DNA of 64,000 nt from Bacteroidales bacterium (lineage in GTDB: Bacteria; Bacteroidota; Bacteroidia; Bacteroidales; UBA932). The position numbers were made by a program, and so were the translations under genes. This document shows positions 37,088 through 46,141 of the stretch, one piece after another. The stretch covers positions 36,625 through 100,624 of the forward strand of contig JAPXOZ010000004.1 in the NCBI GenBank assembly GCA_033811195.1, given 5' to 3'. The notes under the pieces are model-generated. The model was given only the letters and a program-made list of their open reading frames with translations, was not told the origin of the DNA and made no database searches. Numbering within the stretch: position 1 is the stretch's first letter; every line of letters starts with the position of its first letter.

Positions 37088-37831
37088 TTATATTGCTGTC
37101 CAGCCGCCATCCACGGCTATATTTTGTCCGGTAATATATTTAGCCCCGTCTGACACAAGGAAGAGGCAGATTGGAGCGATATCATCGGGATTGCCCATCC
37201 GTTTCATTGGACATTTGTAGGTGTATTTCTTAACAAATTCCTCTCGCTGATTGTCAAATATGCCTCCTGGAGAAACACAGTTGACTCTGACATTATACTT
37301 TCCAAAATAAGAGGCTAGATAACGCGTAAAGTTGATTATTGCACCTTTTATTGCGCAATATTCGCCCGGAGAAGTGCCATTGTAATCTTCATATATAGTA
37401 AAATCATTTCCAACAATTCCATAGATGGAGCCTAAGTTTACTATAGAGCCATATTTCTGCTCCTTCATAACATTCAAGACCTGCTGATTGAGGTAAAAAA
37501 CCGAATTTAGCTGAAGACTAATATTATTTTCCCAATGGGAAAAAGGAGATTCTTCGAAATAGTACTTTCCCCAATCTTTTGTACGAGGGTAGGCAGCATT
37601 AACAAGTGCATCAATTCGCCCATATTTTTCCACAACAAACCTTATCAGAGCATCAATTGATGAATTGTTGGCAAGATCAAGCTTGAAAGTATTATTTTCC
37701 GAGAAGGTTTCATTGGCCAAATCCGCATCTATTACAATAGAATTTCTCTCTTTGAACTGTTTTACAATTTCTCTTCCGATCAATCCTTTGCCGCCGGCAA
37801 CAATTACTATTTTATTCTCAAGGTCTTTCAT
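37088..37831 (-). CDS. SDR-family oxidoreductase (PtmA-like)
   Basis: Rossmann motif VAGGKGLIGRE and an SDR Y/K active-site region (YCAIKGA). Located inside the nonulosonate operon. Confidence 0.65.
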   Translation of the reverse strand: MKDLENKIVIVAGGKGLIGREIVKQFKERNSIVIDADLANETFSENNTFKLDLANNSSIDALIRFVVEKYGRIDALVNAAYPRTKDWGKYYFEESPFSHWENNISLQLNSVFYLNQQVLNVMKEQKYGSIVNLGSIYGIVGNDFTIYEDYNGTSPGEYCAIKGAIINFTRYLASYFGKYNVRVNCVSPGGIFDNQREEFVKKYTYKCPMKRMGNPDDIAPICLFLVSDGAKYITGQNIAVDGGWTAI

Positions 37832-38750
37832 AATCCAGACATAATTTCAAAATCTTATTTGCAAATATAATATCATTGAAAGAATCTTTCTCATTATTTG
37901 AGACAAGATCGAAGAAGTACCTCATCTGCTCGGCATATGTATCAGCACCACTCTGCTCTGACTGGAAAATGACAAACCCATTAGAATCGGTAATAGAGTT
38001 TTTAGCCAAGTCCACCTTCCATGTTACGGAATCAAAGAGAATCTCTATCTCTCGTTTATAATCCCTTCTAAAGTAATTGAGTGTTATGTCGCAGATAAAA
38101 TCTTCATAAAATAGAAGATATTTTGCATAATCTATTGCGTCAATCTTAAGAGATGATTTGCTACGACAAAAGGCCCTGTGACTCTCAGGCACTCCAAATA
38201 TCCAACATATATAGTCTAATTCGTGAATCAGATCGAGATGAACACCTCCTCCCATTTCCGGTTTAGCGCTATATGAGTCCTTAAAATCGGTTCCGGGACG
38301 CCATTCAGGAAGATAGGAGCCACAATAGACATTCACTTCATTGATTTTTCCGGGTGTATTTCCCGATTCGATGCATTCCTTTAAATATTGAATAACTTCA
38401 AGGAATCGAAGGTTACAGGCCACGTATGACAATATTCTACTCTCTTTAATGCTATTTATGAGACCGTCGATGGGCGAGGAAGCTACCGGTTTTTCTATAA
38501 AGAGTGGAATTTTGAATTCCAAAAGTTTTTGTATGGTGTTTTTGTGCTCTGATGTTGGATTGGATATTATGGCAAAATCAAAACCGATATTTGATGCCTC
38601 ATCAAATGAGTAAAGATTTGTGATTCGGTCATAGGTCTGCGCATTGTGTTGTGACCTCAATGCGTAGATGGAGGCATTGCTGTCAATAGAGCGTATTGCT
38701 GCAATGTGTTTTTTTGCTATAGAGCCAAGTCCGATAATCAGAATTTTCAT
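37818..38750 (-). CDS. Gfo/Idh/MocA-family oxidoreductase (PtmF-like)
   Basis: N-terminal MKILIIGLGSIAKKH dinucleotide fold and the EKP block (LFIEKPVA) typical of Gfo/Idh/MocA enzymes. Confidence 0.65.
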   Translation of the reverse strand: MKILIIGLGSIAKKHIAAIRSIDSNASIYALRSQHNAQTYDRITNLYSFDEASNIGFDFAIISNPTSEHKNTIQKLLEFKIPLFIEKPVASSPIDGLINSIKESRILSYVACNLRFLEVIQYLKECIESGNTPGKINEVNVYCGSYLPEWRPGTDFKDSYSAKPEMGGGVHLDLIHELDYICWIFGVPESHRAFCRSKSSLKIDAIDYAKYLLFYEDFICDITLNYFRRDYKREIEILFDSVTWKVDLAKNSITDSNGFVIFQSEQSGADTYAEQMRYFFDLVSNNEKDSFNDIIFANKILKLCLDYERP

Positions 38751-39478
38751 TATAATTCAATTCGTTTGGTTGAGAGCAGAAAGGAGAGATAGTCAAAGTC
38801 GTGAGGTTCGTCCAGATCAAAACAGATATGGTTCATCAAATAACATTTTGTTTTATTTGTAAGAGCTGTGGATGTATCCGTATCGAAGAAGTAGCGACGA
38901 TAAACATAAATAGAGGCATTTATATCGTAAACTTTAGGCGCAGCTTGCCTTGAGAGATATCTGCCCTCAATCACGAGCTTACAGTAACCGTCCGGTTTTT
39001 CCTCAACCTGGTTAAAATAAGGATTTCTAGCACAGTGATTAACCGAAAAGACCGTCATCAGGTCATTGTCCTTATTAAACATAGTGAGACAGTTGATTAT
39101 GTCATCAGTTGTTCTTATCGGTGAAGTAACATCCAGATCCACTATGAAATCATATTTACAGCCATTCTTCGTTTCCGAGTGGAACACAAGATCTCTAATA
39201 GCATCTATCTTCCCGCAGGTGTCGTTGGCCAGATAAGCCGGACGTTGATAATCGGATTTCAAGCCGAATTCTGAGGCGCATGTTCTGATTTGCTCCGAAT
39301 CGGTTGAGAGCTCAATATCAACCCTGCATTCGGATAATTTCTCTTTTACCCGTTTGGCTGCCTCAATAGTATATGCTATGAGGGGTTTTCCACCCACTTC
39401 CTTGATATTCTTACCTGGGATGCCTTTTGAACCTCCTCTTGCGCAGATTGTAATAAGTATATTGCTGTTATTTTTCAT
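38750..39478 (-). CDS. legF: Acylneuraminate cytidylyltransferase family (CMP-nonulosonate synthetase, LegF/NeuA-like)
   Basis: ICARGGSKGIPGKNIK N-terminal signature of CMP-sialate/CMP-Kdo-type cytidylyltransferases; 242 aa. Start and stop each share 1 nt with the neighbouring genes. Confidence 0.75.
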   Translation of the reverse strand: MKNNSNILITICARGGSKGIPGKNIKEVGGKPLIAYTIEAAKRVKEKLSECRVDIELSTDSEQIRTCASEFGLKSDYQRPAYLANDTCGKIDAIRDLVFHSETKNGCKYDFIVDLDVTSPIRTTDDIINCLTMFNKDNDLMTVFSVNHCARNPYFNQVEEKPDGYCKLVIEGRYLSRQAAPKVYDINASIYVYRRYFFDTDTSTALTNKTKCYLMNHICFDLDEPHDFDYLSFLLSTKRIEL

Positions 39479-40638
39479 TATTTCAAATCATAAAAACTCT
39501 TTTTAGTGCAGTTTTGAAGATCATAAGATGAAATGATTTCGTAAATGGTCTCTGCACACCTCTCCTTTTCGTATGGGTTGATACTCTTCTCAGAAAGTGT
39601 CTGATGTTCCGGGGATAAAACATGCTCTATACCTTTTGATATGGATTCTTTGTCATTTGCGCAGTGAACCACACTCCGGGAAGCGATACGACCTTTCTGT
39701 CTCTCGCCAATATTTAGAGTGGGTATGCCAAATGAGGGGACTTCAACAATTCCGCTTGAGGAATTGCCAACAATCGCCTTGACATACTGCAGCGCTGAAA
39801 GATAGCGTTTTACTCCAAGAGAAGGGAAGGCTTTGGAGTTATCCGGATGTTGTTTTGTATACTGTTCGATTGCATGCACAATTGCTTTATGCCCAGTATC
39901 GGAATTGGGCATTGTGAATATTACTCTAAGGTTCGGATATTGCGCGATTGCTGCAAACAATTCATAAATATCTCTTTTAGGGTCACCTCCGAGAGTTTCA
40001 GGATGATATGTGACAAGAATGGTGCGGTCGTCAAATCTAAACTCAAGAGAATTCTCAAGTTCCTCTTTATTCATCAATGGTATCTGCTTGATGTTTTCCA
40101 CTCCTAAGGAGCCTACATTAAAGACTCTTTCCGGATTTTCACCGAGTTGTATGACACGTTTTCGATACTCTTCACATGACGTGAAATGAAGTGAACTCAT
40201 TTTTGTGATAGAGTGACGGATTGCATCGTCATAAGCTCCTTCGGTGACCTCTCCTCCATAAAGGTGGGCTATCGGAATCCTGGAAATCAATGCTCCGGTG
40301 GCAGCTGAAAGCATCTCATATCTGTCCCCGAGAATGACGACTATATCAGGTGTAAGTTCCGAATAAGCTATTCCAAATCCTTCTAGTCCCTTTGACATTG
40401 CCTTTAATGTGGAAACAGGCAAGTCTTCAGCAACTTCGTCAATAATCGGAACCTTTTTGTCAATTTTAAATCCATCACTCTCGATTTCCCGATATGTCTC
40501 ACCAAACTTTGGGGATAGATGCATATTAGTGGCAATAATCTGCAATTGCAAGGTTGAATCCTCCTGCACAAGGCGCATAAGGCGACTTAAAAGGCCATAC
40601 TCGGCACGGGATCCTGTAACAAAGCAGATTTTTCTCAT
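39478..40638 (-). CDS. legG: Hydrolysing NDP-N-acetylhexosamine 2-epimerase (NeuC/LegG family)
   Basis: MRKICFVTGSRAEYGLL N-terminus and the GDRYEML block typical of NeuC-type hydrolysing 2-epimerases; 386 aa. Confidence 0.8.
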   Translation of the reverse strand: MRKICFVTGSRAEYGLLSRLMRLVQEDSTLQLQIIATNMHLSPKFGETYREIESDGFKIDKKVPIIDEVAEDLPVSTLKAMSKGLEGFGIAYSELTPDIVVILGDRYEMLSAATGALISRIPIAHLYGGEVTEGAYDDAIRHSITKMSSLHFTSCEEYRKRVIQLGENPERVFNVGSLGVENIKQIPLMNKEELENSLEFRFDDRTILVTYHPETLGGDPKRDIYELFAAIAQYPNLRVIFTMPNSDTGHKAIVHAIEQYTKQHPDNSKAFPSLGVKRYLSALQYVKAIVGNSSSGIVEVPSFGIPTLNIGERQKGRIASRSVVHCANDKESISKGIEHVLSPEHQTLSEKSINPYEKERCAETIYEIISSYDLQNCTKKSFYDLK

Positions 40639-41639
40639 ATCTCAATCAATTGGTCTTCTAAAAAATCCTGTTTAGCGGTTAGTCCTATAACTTCATCCCA
40701 TCTCATTGGAGAGATACCATTTCCAGGTCGTTTTACAGTGAGGTTTTCTTCTGTAAATTTCTCTCCTGCCTTAATGTTTTTTGCTGCAACAATGCTTTTT
40801 CTTGCAATGGCAATATTCTTTCGTTCACTTGTGGTTACAATCTTTTTATCGCTACCTAGGGCTATTTCGATATTTCTAATAGCATTTACCATTGCTTTCA
40901 ACTCATGCGGTTCGAGTGAGGCAACATGGTCGGGTCCGGGCAATGTCTTGTCAAGAGTAAAGTGCTTCTCAATAATTTCAGCCCCCATGGCTACCGCTGC
41001 TATTGGAACTTCAATTCCTAGAGTATGATCAGAATAACCAACCCTCACACAAAAATTCTCTTTGAGGGTATTCATTGCTCTGAGATTGACATCCTGCATA
41101 GGAGTGGGATACTCGGTATTGCAATGGAGAAGTGAAATGCTTTTCAAAGAGAGTCCATTGTCTGTCAAGACTATCAATGCATCTTCGATCTCATCTGTTC
41201 TACACATTCCGGTAGACATTATCACAGGTATGCCCAGTTTCGCAATTTTTCTTAGATAGGGTAGATTTGTTATTTCTCCTGATGGAATTTTAAAGTAGTC
41301 CATATCCAATCCACTAAGAAAATATACGGATGGTAAATCAAAAGGTGTCGATAAAAAACTGATCCCTATTTTGTCGCAATAACTTTTCAATTCGGTGAAC
41401 TCGTCAAATGTAAGCAAGAGCTTTTCAATCATTTCAAGTTGACTTTCCTGATTACCGATATTCTTCTTTTGATAATCTGCCATTTCTGCAAACTTGGAGA
41501 CCAGTAATCTTGGAATGCCTGTCTGAAACTTCACATAGTCGGCACCTGCTTCCTGCGCAGCCTCTGCAAGTTGTTTTGCCATTTCAAGACTGCCATTGTG
41601 ATTAACACCTGCTTCAGCTATGATGATGACTTTGTTCAC
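40635..41639 (-). CDS. legI: Nonulosonic acid synthase (NeuB/LegI family)
   Basis: IIAEAGVNHNGSLEMAKQL N-terminus, a TIM-barrel NeuB domain and a C-terminal SAF/antifreeze-like domain (VKRPGNGISP). Confidence 0.85.
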   Translation of the reverse strand: MNKVIIIAEAGVNHNGSLEMAKQLAEAAQEAGADYVKFQTGIPRLLVSKFAEMADYQKKNIGNQESQLEMIEKLLLTFDEFTELKSYCDKIGISFLSTPFDLPSVYFLSGLDMDYFKIPSGEITNLPYLRKIAKLGIPVIMSTGMCRTDEIEDALIVLTDNGLSLKSISLLHCNTEYPTPMQDVNLRAMNTLKENFCVRVGYSDHTLGIEVPIAAVAMGAEIIEKHFTLDKTLPGPDHVASLEPHELKAMVNAIRNIEIALGSDKKIVTTSERKNIAIARKSIVAAKNIKAGEKFTEENLTVKRPGNGISPMRWDEVIGLTAKQDFLEDQLIEI

Positions 41640-42808
41640 TTGATTTTATTTTTATAGGAAGAATTAAAGTTTATACTACTCGGAATATTTACAACCCTAT
41701 CCGCAAACCATTCGGTGTTTTTAAGTCCGTTTGTCTGGCAATTGAGGAACATTGGGAGCCGATTCATCAGCTCCCAAATGGGACGTGTCATAATTCCATT
41801 GTTGTTGGTATATTGGAGGAAACCGTCACGGGTATCCCGATCTTTCGTAATGACTGCATTGAGCCAATAGTTTGATCGGCAGCTTGCAGGTTCGGAAAAG
41901 AATTCAAACCCTTCGATCTCTTTGAAAAAGTCCGAATAATGGGAGGCTGTTTCGCGTTTGTTGAGCACAAACTCTTCAAGCCTCTCCATCTGGGCACATC
42001 CAAGGGCGGCATTGATATTTGGCATACGGTAATTATAGCCCACTTCGTCGTGATAGAATTCCCATTTATGGGGCCTCTTTGCCTGCGTAGTGAGGTGTTT
42101 TGCCCTGGCGGCAAGTACTTCATCATTGAAAAGGAGCATTCCTCCGCCTCCGGTAGTAATGGTCTTGTTACCGTTGAACGAGAGTATGCCTATTAGGCCG
42201 AAAGTACCGGTATGTTTTCCTTTATAAAATGAGCCAAGGCTCTCGGCGGCATCTTCGACCAGTTCCAGATGCCATTTGCTGCAAACCGCCATAAGTTCAT
42301 CGAGATGGACGGGATGACCGAATGTGTGCATCGGCACACAGCATCGGATCCGGCGACCGGTACTCTTGTTATAACACTCATTTCCGCGTAGCTCGGCGTT
42401 CTCCTCAAGCCAATATTCTGCCGCAGTGGGGGAGAGCCCCATTGTATCGCGGTCAACATCAATGAAGATCGGGTGGGCGCCGATATAACTGATAGCATTG
42501 CAGGTTGCAACAAAGGTGAGAGCTTGAGTGATCACTTCATCCTCGCGCTTTACGCCTGCTAGCATCAAGGCCAGATGTAGTGCATTGGTGCCGTTTACAC
42601 ATACCACAGCTTTTTCGGCGCCGGTGTAATTGGCCACCATTTCTTCAAATTGATCCACAAATTTTCCCACACTGGAGACGAAAGTGGAATCAATGCACTC
42701 ATCCAGATATTTCTTCTCATTACCGGTGAAGACCGGTACACTGAGAGGAATGAAATCCTGAGAATTATAGAGTTCCCTGATATATGATGCAATCCTGCTA
42801 TACATCAC
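41636..42808 (-). CDS. legC: DegT/DnrJ/EryC1/StrS-family PLP-dependent sugar aminotransferase (LegC-like)
   Basis: 390 aa, aminotransferase class V-like. Active-site lysine context SFNGNKTITTGGGGML. 4-nt overlaps on both sides. Confidence 0.75.
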   Translation of the reverse strand: MMYSRIASYIRELYNSQDFIPLSVPVFTGNEKKYLDECIDSTFVSSVGKFVDQFEEMVANYTGAEKAVVCVNGTNALHLALMLAGVKREDEVITQALTFVATCNAISYIGAHPIFIDVDRDTMGLSPTAAEYWLEENAELRGNECYNKSTGRRIRCCVPMHTFGHPVHLDELMAVCSKWHLELVEDAAESLGSFYKGKHTGTFGLIGILSFNGNKTITTGGGGMLLFNDEVLAARAKHLTTQAKRPHKWEFYHDEVGYNYRMPNINAALGCAQMERLEEFVLNKRETASHYSDFFKEIEGFEFFSEPASCRSNYWLNAVITKDRDTRDGFLQYTNNNGIMTRPIWELMNRLPMFLNCQTNGLKNTEWFADRVVNIPSSINFNSSYKNKIK

Positions 42809-42811
42809 TCG

Positions 42812-44020
42812 TTACATTTTCTGATCAAGATTCTTACCCTTTTCCACATGTTCGAAGTTGGGAAGAAAAGTGCATAAAGTCTCAACTATACCGGCTTTTG
42901 TGCAGGCCGGACACTTAAATAGTGATTCAAGTGTGGAGATGTATCCGGAGATCTCATCCACCGTACAATGGGTTTTACCCTTGATTACACCGAGCGAAGA
43001 GAAGGTCTCCATATCAATTTTTTCTCCCGGTACGAAGAACTCCTCGATATCCTTTTCACCGGTGGTGTCGCTCTTAAAATAGAATACCGGATATTCTTTA
43101 TCATCCTCTTTCATCAGAGAAGCGTACAAACGGGCTTCGCGATCGCTGGTACACTCTTTTTTGGTATAGCCGAACTCATCCACAAATTTATCGCAAATTG
43201 CAGAAAAAGTAGTCATTTGCTCTTGTCCCAGTTTTGGAAAAAAGATCTCTCCGCTATTGCCGAGAATGCAAGCAAGCAGACATATCTCTCCGCTCTCCTG
43301 CGGTGAAACGAAGTATCTTTTAACATCGGAGGGTGCTACCAGAGGCTGTTTTTTCATAATTCTGTTTAGCCAGCTATCTAGGAGGGAACCGTTGGAAAAT
43401 GCAACATTTGCAAATCTGGCGGTAGTTACCGGAAAGCGCTCTTGGTATGACATCACTAATTTTTCCATCAGAAGTTTGCTGGCTCCCATTATATTTACAG
43501 GATTTGCCGCTTTGTCTGTGGAGACACAGAAGAAATGGCGGGGCGGGTATTTTGACAAGAGCTCCATCAGACCCTTTGCCTTGAACACATTGTTGACAAT
43601 GAGCGCCTGAACGGAGAAAGTATCACGTTCGCTGCGGACATGTTTGTGAGCAGAAAAATTCGCTACTATATCAAAACCTTTTTCGCAAATGAATAATTGT
43701 TCGAATATCGGGCTGGTAAAATCGAGCGTGTAGGTACGGTAATCATCGGGTACAAACATTCCCTCAGTAGACCTGAGATCCCTGGTAAGTTCTACAAGAC
43801 CATTCTCGCTCAAATCCACGACTACAAGTGAAGATGGCTTGAAGGGGAGGATGGCTTTTATGAAGGATGATCCAATGCTGCCGGCACCTCCAATTACACA
43901 TACTCTTTTGTCACAAATGGCCTCTTCAAGTCGCTGTCGATTGGCTTCAATGTCTTTTATAAAAAGACTTTTATCCCTTTTTGTGATATATTTGGAAATG
44001 AATTTGCTTATATCAAACAT
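42812..44020 (-). CDS. legB: NDP-N-acetylhexosamine 4,6-dehydratase (soluble CapD-like; LegB/LgaA-type)
   Basis: 402 aa with Rossmann motif VIGGAGSIGSSF and an extended-SDR catalytic region (STDKAANPVNIMGASK). First gene of the nonulosonate module. Confidence 0.7.
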   Translation of the reverse strand: MFDISKFISKYITKRDKSLFIKDIEANRQRLEEAICDKRVCVIGGAGSIGSSFIKAILPFKPSSLVVVDLSENGLVELTRDLRSTEGMFVPDDYRTYTLDFTSPIFEQLFICEKGFDIVANFSAHKHVRSERDTFSVQALIVNNVFKAKGLMELLSKYPPRHFFCVSTDKAANPVNIMGASKLLMEKLVMSYQERFPVTTARFANVAFSNGSLLDSWLNRIMKKQPLVAPSDVKRYFVSPQESGEICLLACILGNSGEIFFPKLGQEQMTTFSAICDKFVDEFGYTKKECTSDREARLYASLMKEDDKEYPVFYFKSDTTGEKDIEEFFVPGEKIDMETFSSLGVIKGKTHCTVDEISGYISTLESLFKCPACTKAGIVETLCTFLPNFEHVEKGKNLDQKM

Positions 44021-44049
44021 AAGGATTATCGCATTTTGTTCCTAACTTT

Positions 44050-44057
44050 CAAAGGTA
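44050..44057 (-). promoter_or_regulatory. Candidate internal -7 promoter box TACCTTTG ahead of the nonulosonate module
   Basis: The reverse complement of CAAAGGTA lies 30-37 nt upstream of the dehydratase ATG (44020), inside the only sizeable intergenic gap (80 nt) of the 16-gene locus. Confidence 0.35.
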
Positions 44058-44100
44058 GTAATAATTTCTTGCAAATCATTGACGACGCGCGTAAAACCGC

Positions 44101-45081
44101 TTAGTACCATTTGTTAGGTAAGGCATTGCTATCTTTGGGAAGATCGTTTGTGTCAAGACGCGGTAGTTTATAGATAGCATCGTTATCCCATGTGGCTAAA
44201 TTAGCTGTGTTGGGAACCGTGGTTAATCCCAATTTGCATCCCTTCTCTTTCAAAATGGAGATGGTCTGGTCATTGTAGTTGCCATATGGGTAGCAAAAAG
44301 TCCAGTTCTCAGTATCTCCGCCGATGGAATCTATAAATTCAATAGACTTTCTTATCTCAAATTCCTGTTTTTCTTTGGAAAGAGATCCCAACCAATAATG
44401 GTTATATCCGTGGCTACCAATATGCATTCCGCAATCCGACATGCATTTTATCTGGTCGATTGACATGTAGAGTTCACGACTGAATATGCTTTCATCAATG
44501 CCTACTGACTTTTTGAAAAGTATGTCCGTTATCTTTTTTCTTAACTCTTCTTCAAGTTCCATTTGGAGAAGCCGTTTTATAAAAATCACCTCCTTGGTGT
44601 CAAATCTGTTTCCTACAGCAAGTTTGTCAAAATAGTAATCAAAGCTCTCAAGATTAAATTCCTCACGGTAGTTGTCAAGCAAGATCTTAATTTCTTTAAT
44701 GAGCATTTCCATTTTCTCTTCGGGAGTTGAGGCGAGTATGAAATGAATTTTGTTGACATCTAGAACAATATGCTCAGTTACTGCCTTAACGGGAGGGTAG
44801 AAAGCCCCCTGAATTCCCATCCTATTTAAAATGGGAAATACGTTGTTGAAATGGTCTGAATATGCGTCATCGAAAGTCAACAAAACCGGATGGTCAGGCA
44901 AAGCGTAGTCACCTTGAAATGCTGCAATTACATCTTCAACCTTAACAAAAGTGTAGTGTTTTAAAAGATAACCCAGTTGTTCTTTAAATAGTTCGGTCTG
45001 AAGACCTTTGATGCCGGGATAGCGTGACTTCTTCAAGTCTCTTACATAGTGGTACATTACCACAGTCAATCTTTGTCCCAT
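44101..45081 (-). CDS. Polysaccharide deacetylase (NodB-homology) family protein
   Basis: NodB motif 1 LLTFDDAYSDHF and a later His block (HIGSHGYNH), with a helical insertion between them. Confidence 0.75.
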   Translation of the reverse strand: MGQRLTVVMYHYVRDLKKSRYPGIKGLQTELFKEQLGYLLKHYTFVKVEDVIAAFQGDYALPDHPVLLTFDDAYSDHFNNVFPILNRMGIQGAFYPPVKAVTEHIVLDVNKIHFILASTPEEKMEMLIKEIKILLDNYREEFNLESFDYYFDKLAVGNRFDTKEVIFIKRLLQMELEEELRKKITDILFKKSVGIDESIFSRELYMSIDQIKCMSDCGMHIGSHGYNHYWLGSLSKEKQEFEIRKSIEFIDSIGGDTENWTFCYPYGNYNDQTISILKEKGCKLGLTTVPNTANLATWDNDAIYKLPRLDTNDLPKDSNALPNKWY

Positions 45082-45085
45082 AAAA

Positions 45086-46141
45086 TCAAAGTATTATATT
45101 CGGTCTGTCCTGATCAGAATCTCCCTTGAAAAAGTGATAGTCAAAATTAGATCTGTATGAATAGGAGAGAGGGTAATTCGCTCTTTCGAAGGGTTCAAAA
45201 TAGTTTGGCAGAATTAGGATATCATTTTCATAGTCCAATTCTTTGAAACCCATTTCCTTCACTATTTCAACATCAAGTCCTAAATTCATAAAATCAATAT
45301 ACTCGAAGTTTTCATTGTACAGTATTTCTCTAATTGTGGGAAGTATATAACCTTCCATCCTCCCAAGAACATCAATAATTCGTAAAATACGGCTTTCTCC
45401 AACATTGATAGCCCTTACCGCAATTACTGCGGAAAGAGTCTCATTATTGAAAAGTCCCAGAAATCGATATTTGTAGATAGGATGGTTAAGGTATCGGTTC
45501 TTAAAATATGTGATGGATTTTAATGGCCTGTAGATTGGTTTGATATCTTTGTCATAAAGTGTGTTGATATCAATCCATCTGACTGAATATTCGGTTTTAT
45601 TCGGAACTTCCGGAGATAAAATGTCTTTTTTATCTACATTTCCCGCTATTTCAAATCTATTTATTTTGTCATTTAGAATATAATAATGACGCAAATATCC
45701 GGTTTTCAAACGTGCTGCTTTGTAAAACTTGAATGCTTCTCGACTCAATCCTATATTTCCTAACGAGGTAAAATGAGGGAGTTCAAAAATCCTTTCCCAT
45801 ATACGAAGTCCCAGGTCTTTTATTTCCTCATTATTTACATCTATCCTTCGTTTCCAGATTGCACCCCAGTAATCTCCATTTTCTGCTAATGCAGGGTCAA
45901 ATTGTGATGTAGGTATATACCCTATAATTGCATCATATTCTCCGGTTTCTCTATTTTCTGCTACAATAAAGGAGTAGGAGTCGGTTTTTGAGTTATAATG
46001 CTGAAAATCAAGCAATATTGTGGATTTGACAAGTGCATGTCCCTTTTTCCAGTGGTTGTCAATAAAATCAACAAGTTTGTTGCGTTCGGAGCCCGGAATC
46101 CCCTCTTTAAGTATATATTTTTCCATAAAATTAGGCAACAA
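45086..46141 (-). CDS. Hypothetical protein (possibly a GNAT/FemAB-like acyltransferase fold)
   Basis: 351-aa ORF tightly packed between the deacetylase and GT2 genes. I can name no motif with confidence. The fold guess rests only on two-lobed length and the pattern AVIAVRAINVGESRILRIIDVLG. Confidence 0.3.
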   Translation of the reverse strand: MLPNFMEKYILKEGIPGSERNKLVDFIDNHWKKGHALVKSTILLDFQHYNSKTDSYSFIVAENRETGEYDAIIGYIPTSQFDPALAENGDYWGAIWKRRIDVNNEEIKDLGLRIWERIFELPHFTSLGNIGLSREAFKFYKAARLKTGYLRHYYILNDKINRFEIAGNVDKKDILSPEVPNKTEYSVRWIDINTLYDKDIKPIYRPLKSITYFKNRYLNHPIYKYRFLGLFNNETLSAVIAVRAINVGESRILRIIDVLGRMEGYILPTIREILYNENFEYIDFMNLGLDVEIVKEMGFKELDYENDILILPNYFEPFERANYPLSYSYRSNFDYHFFKGDSDQDRPNIIL

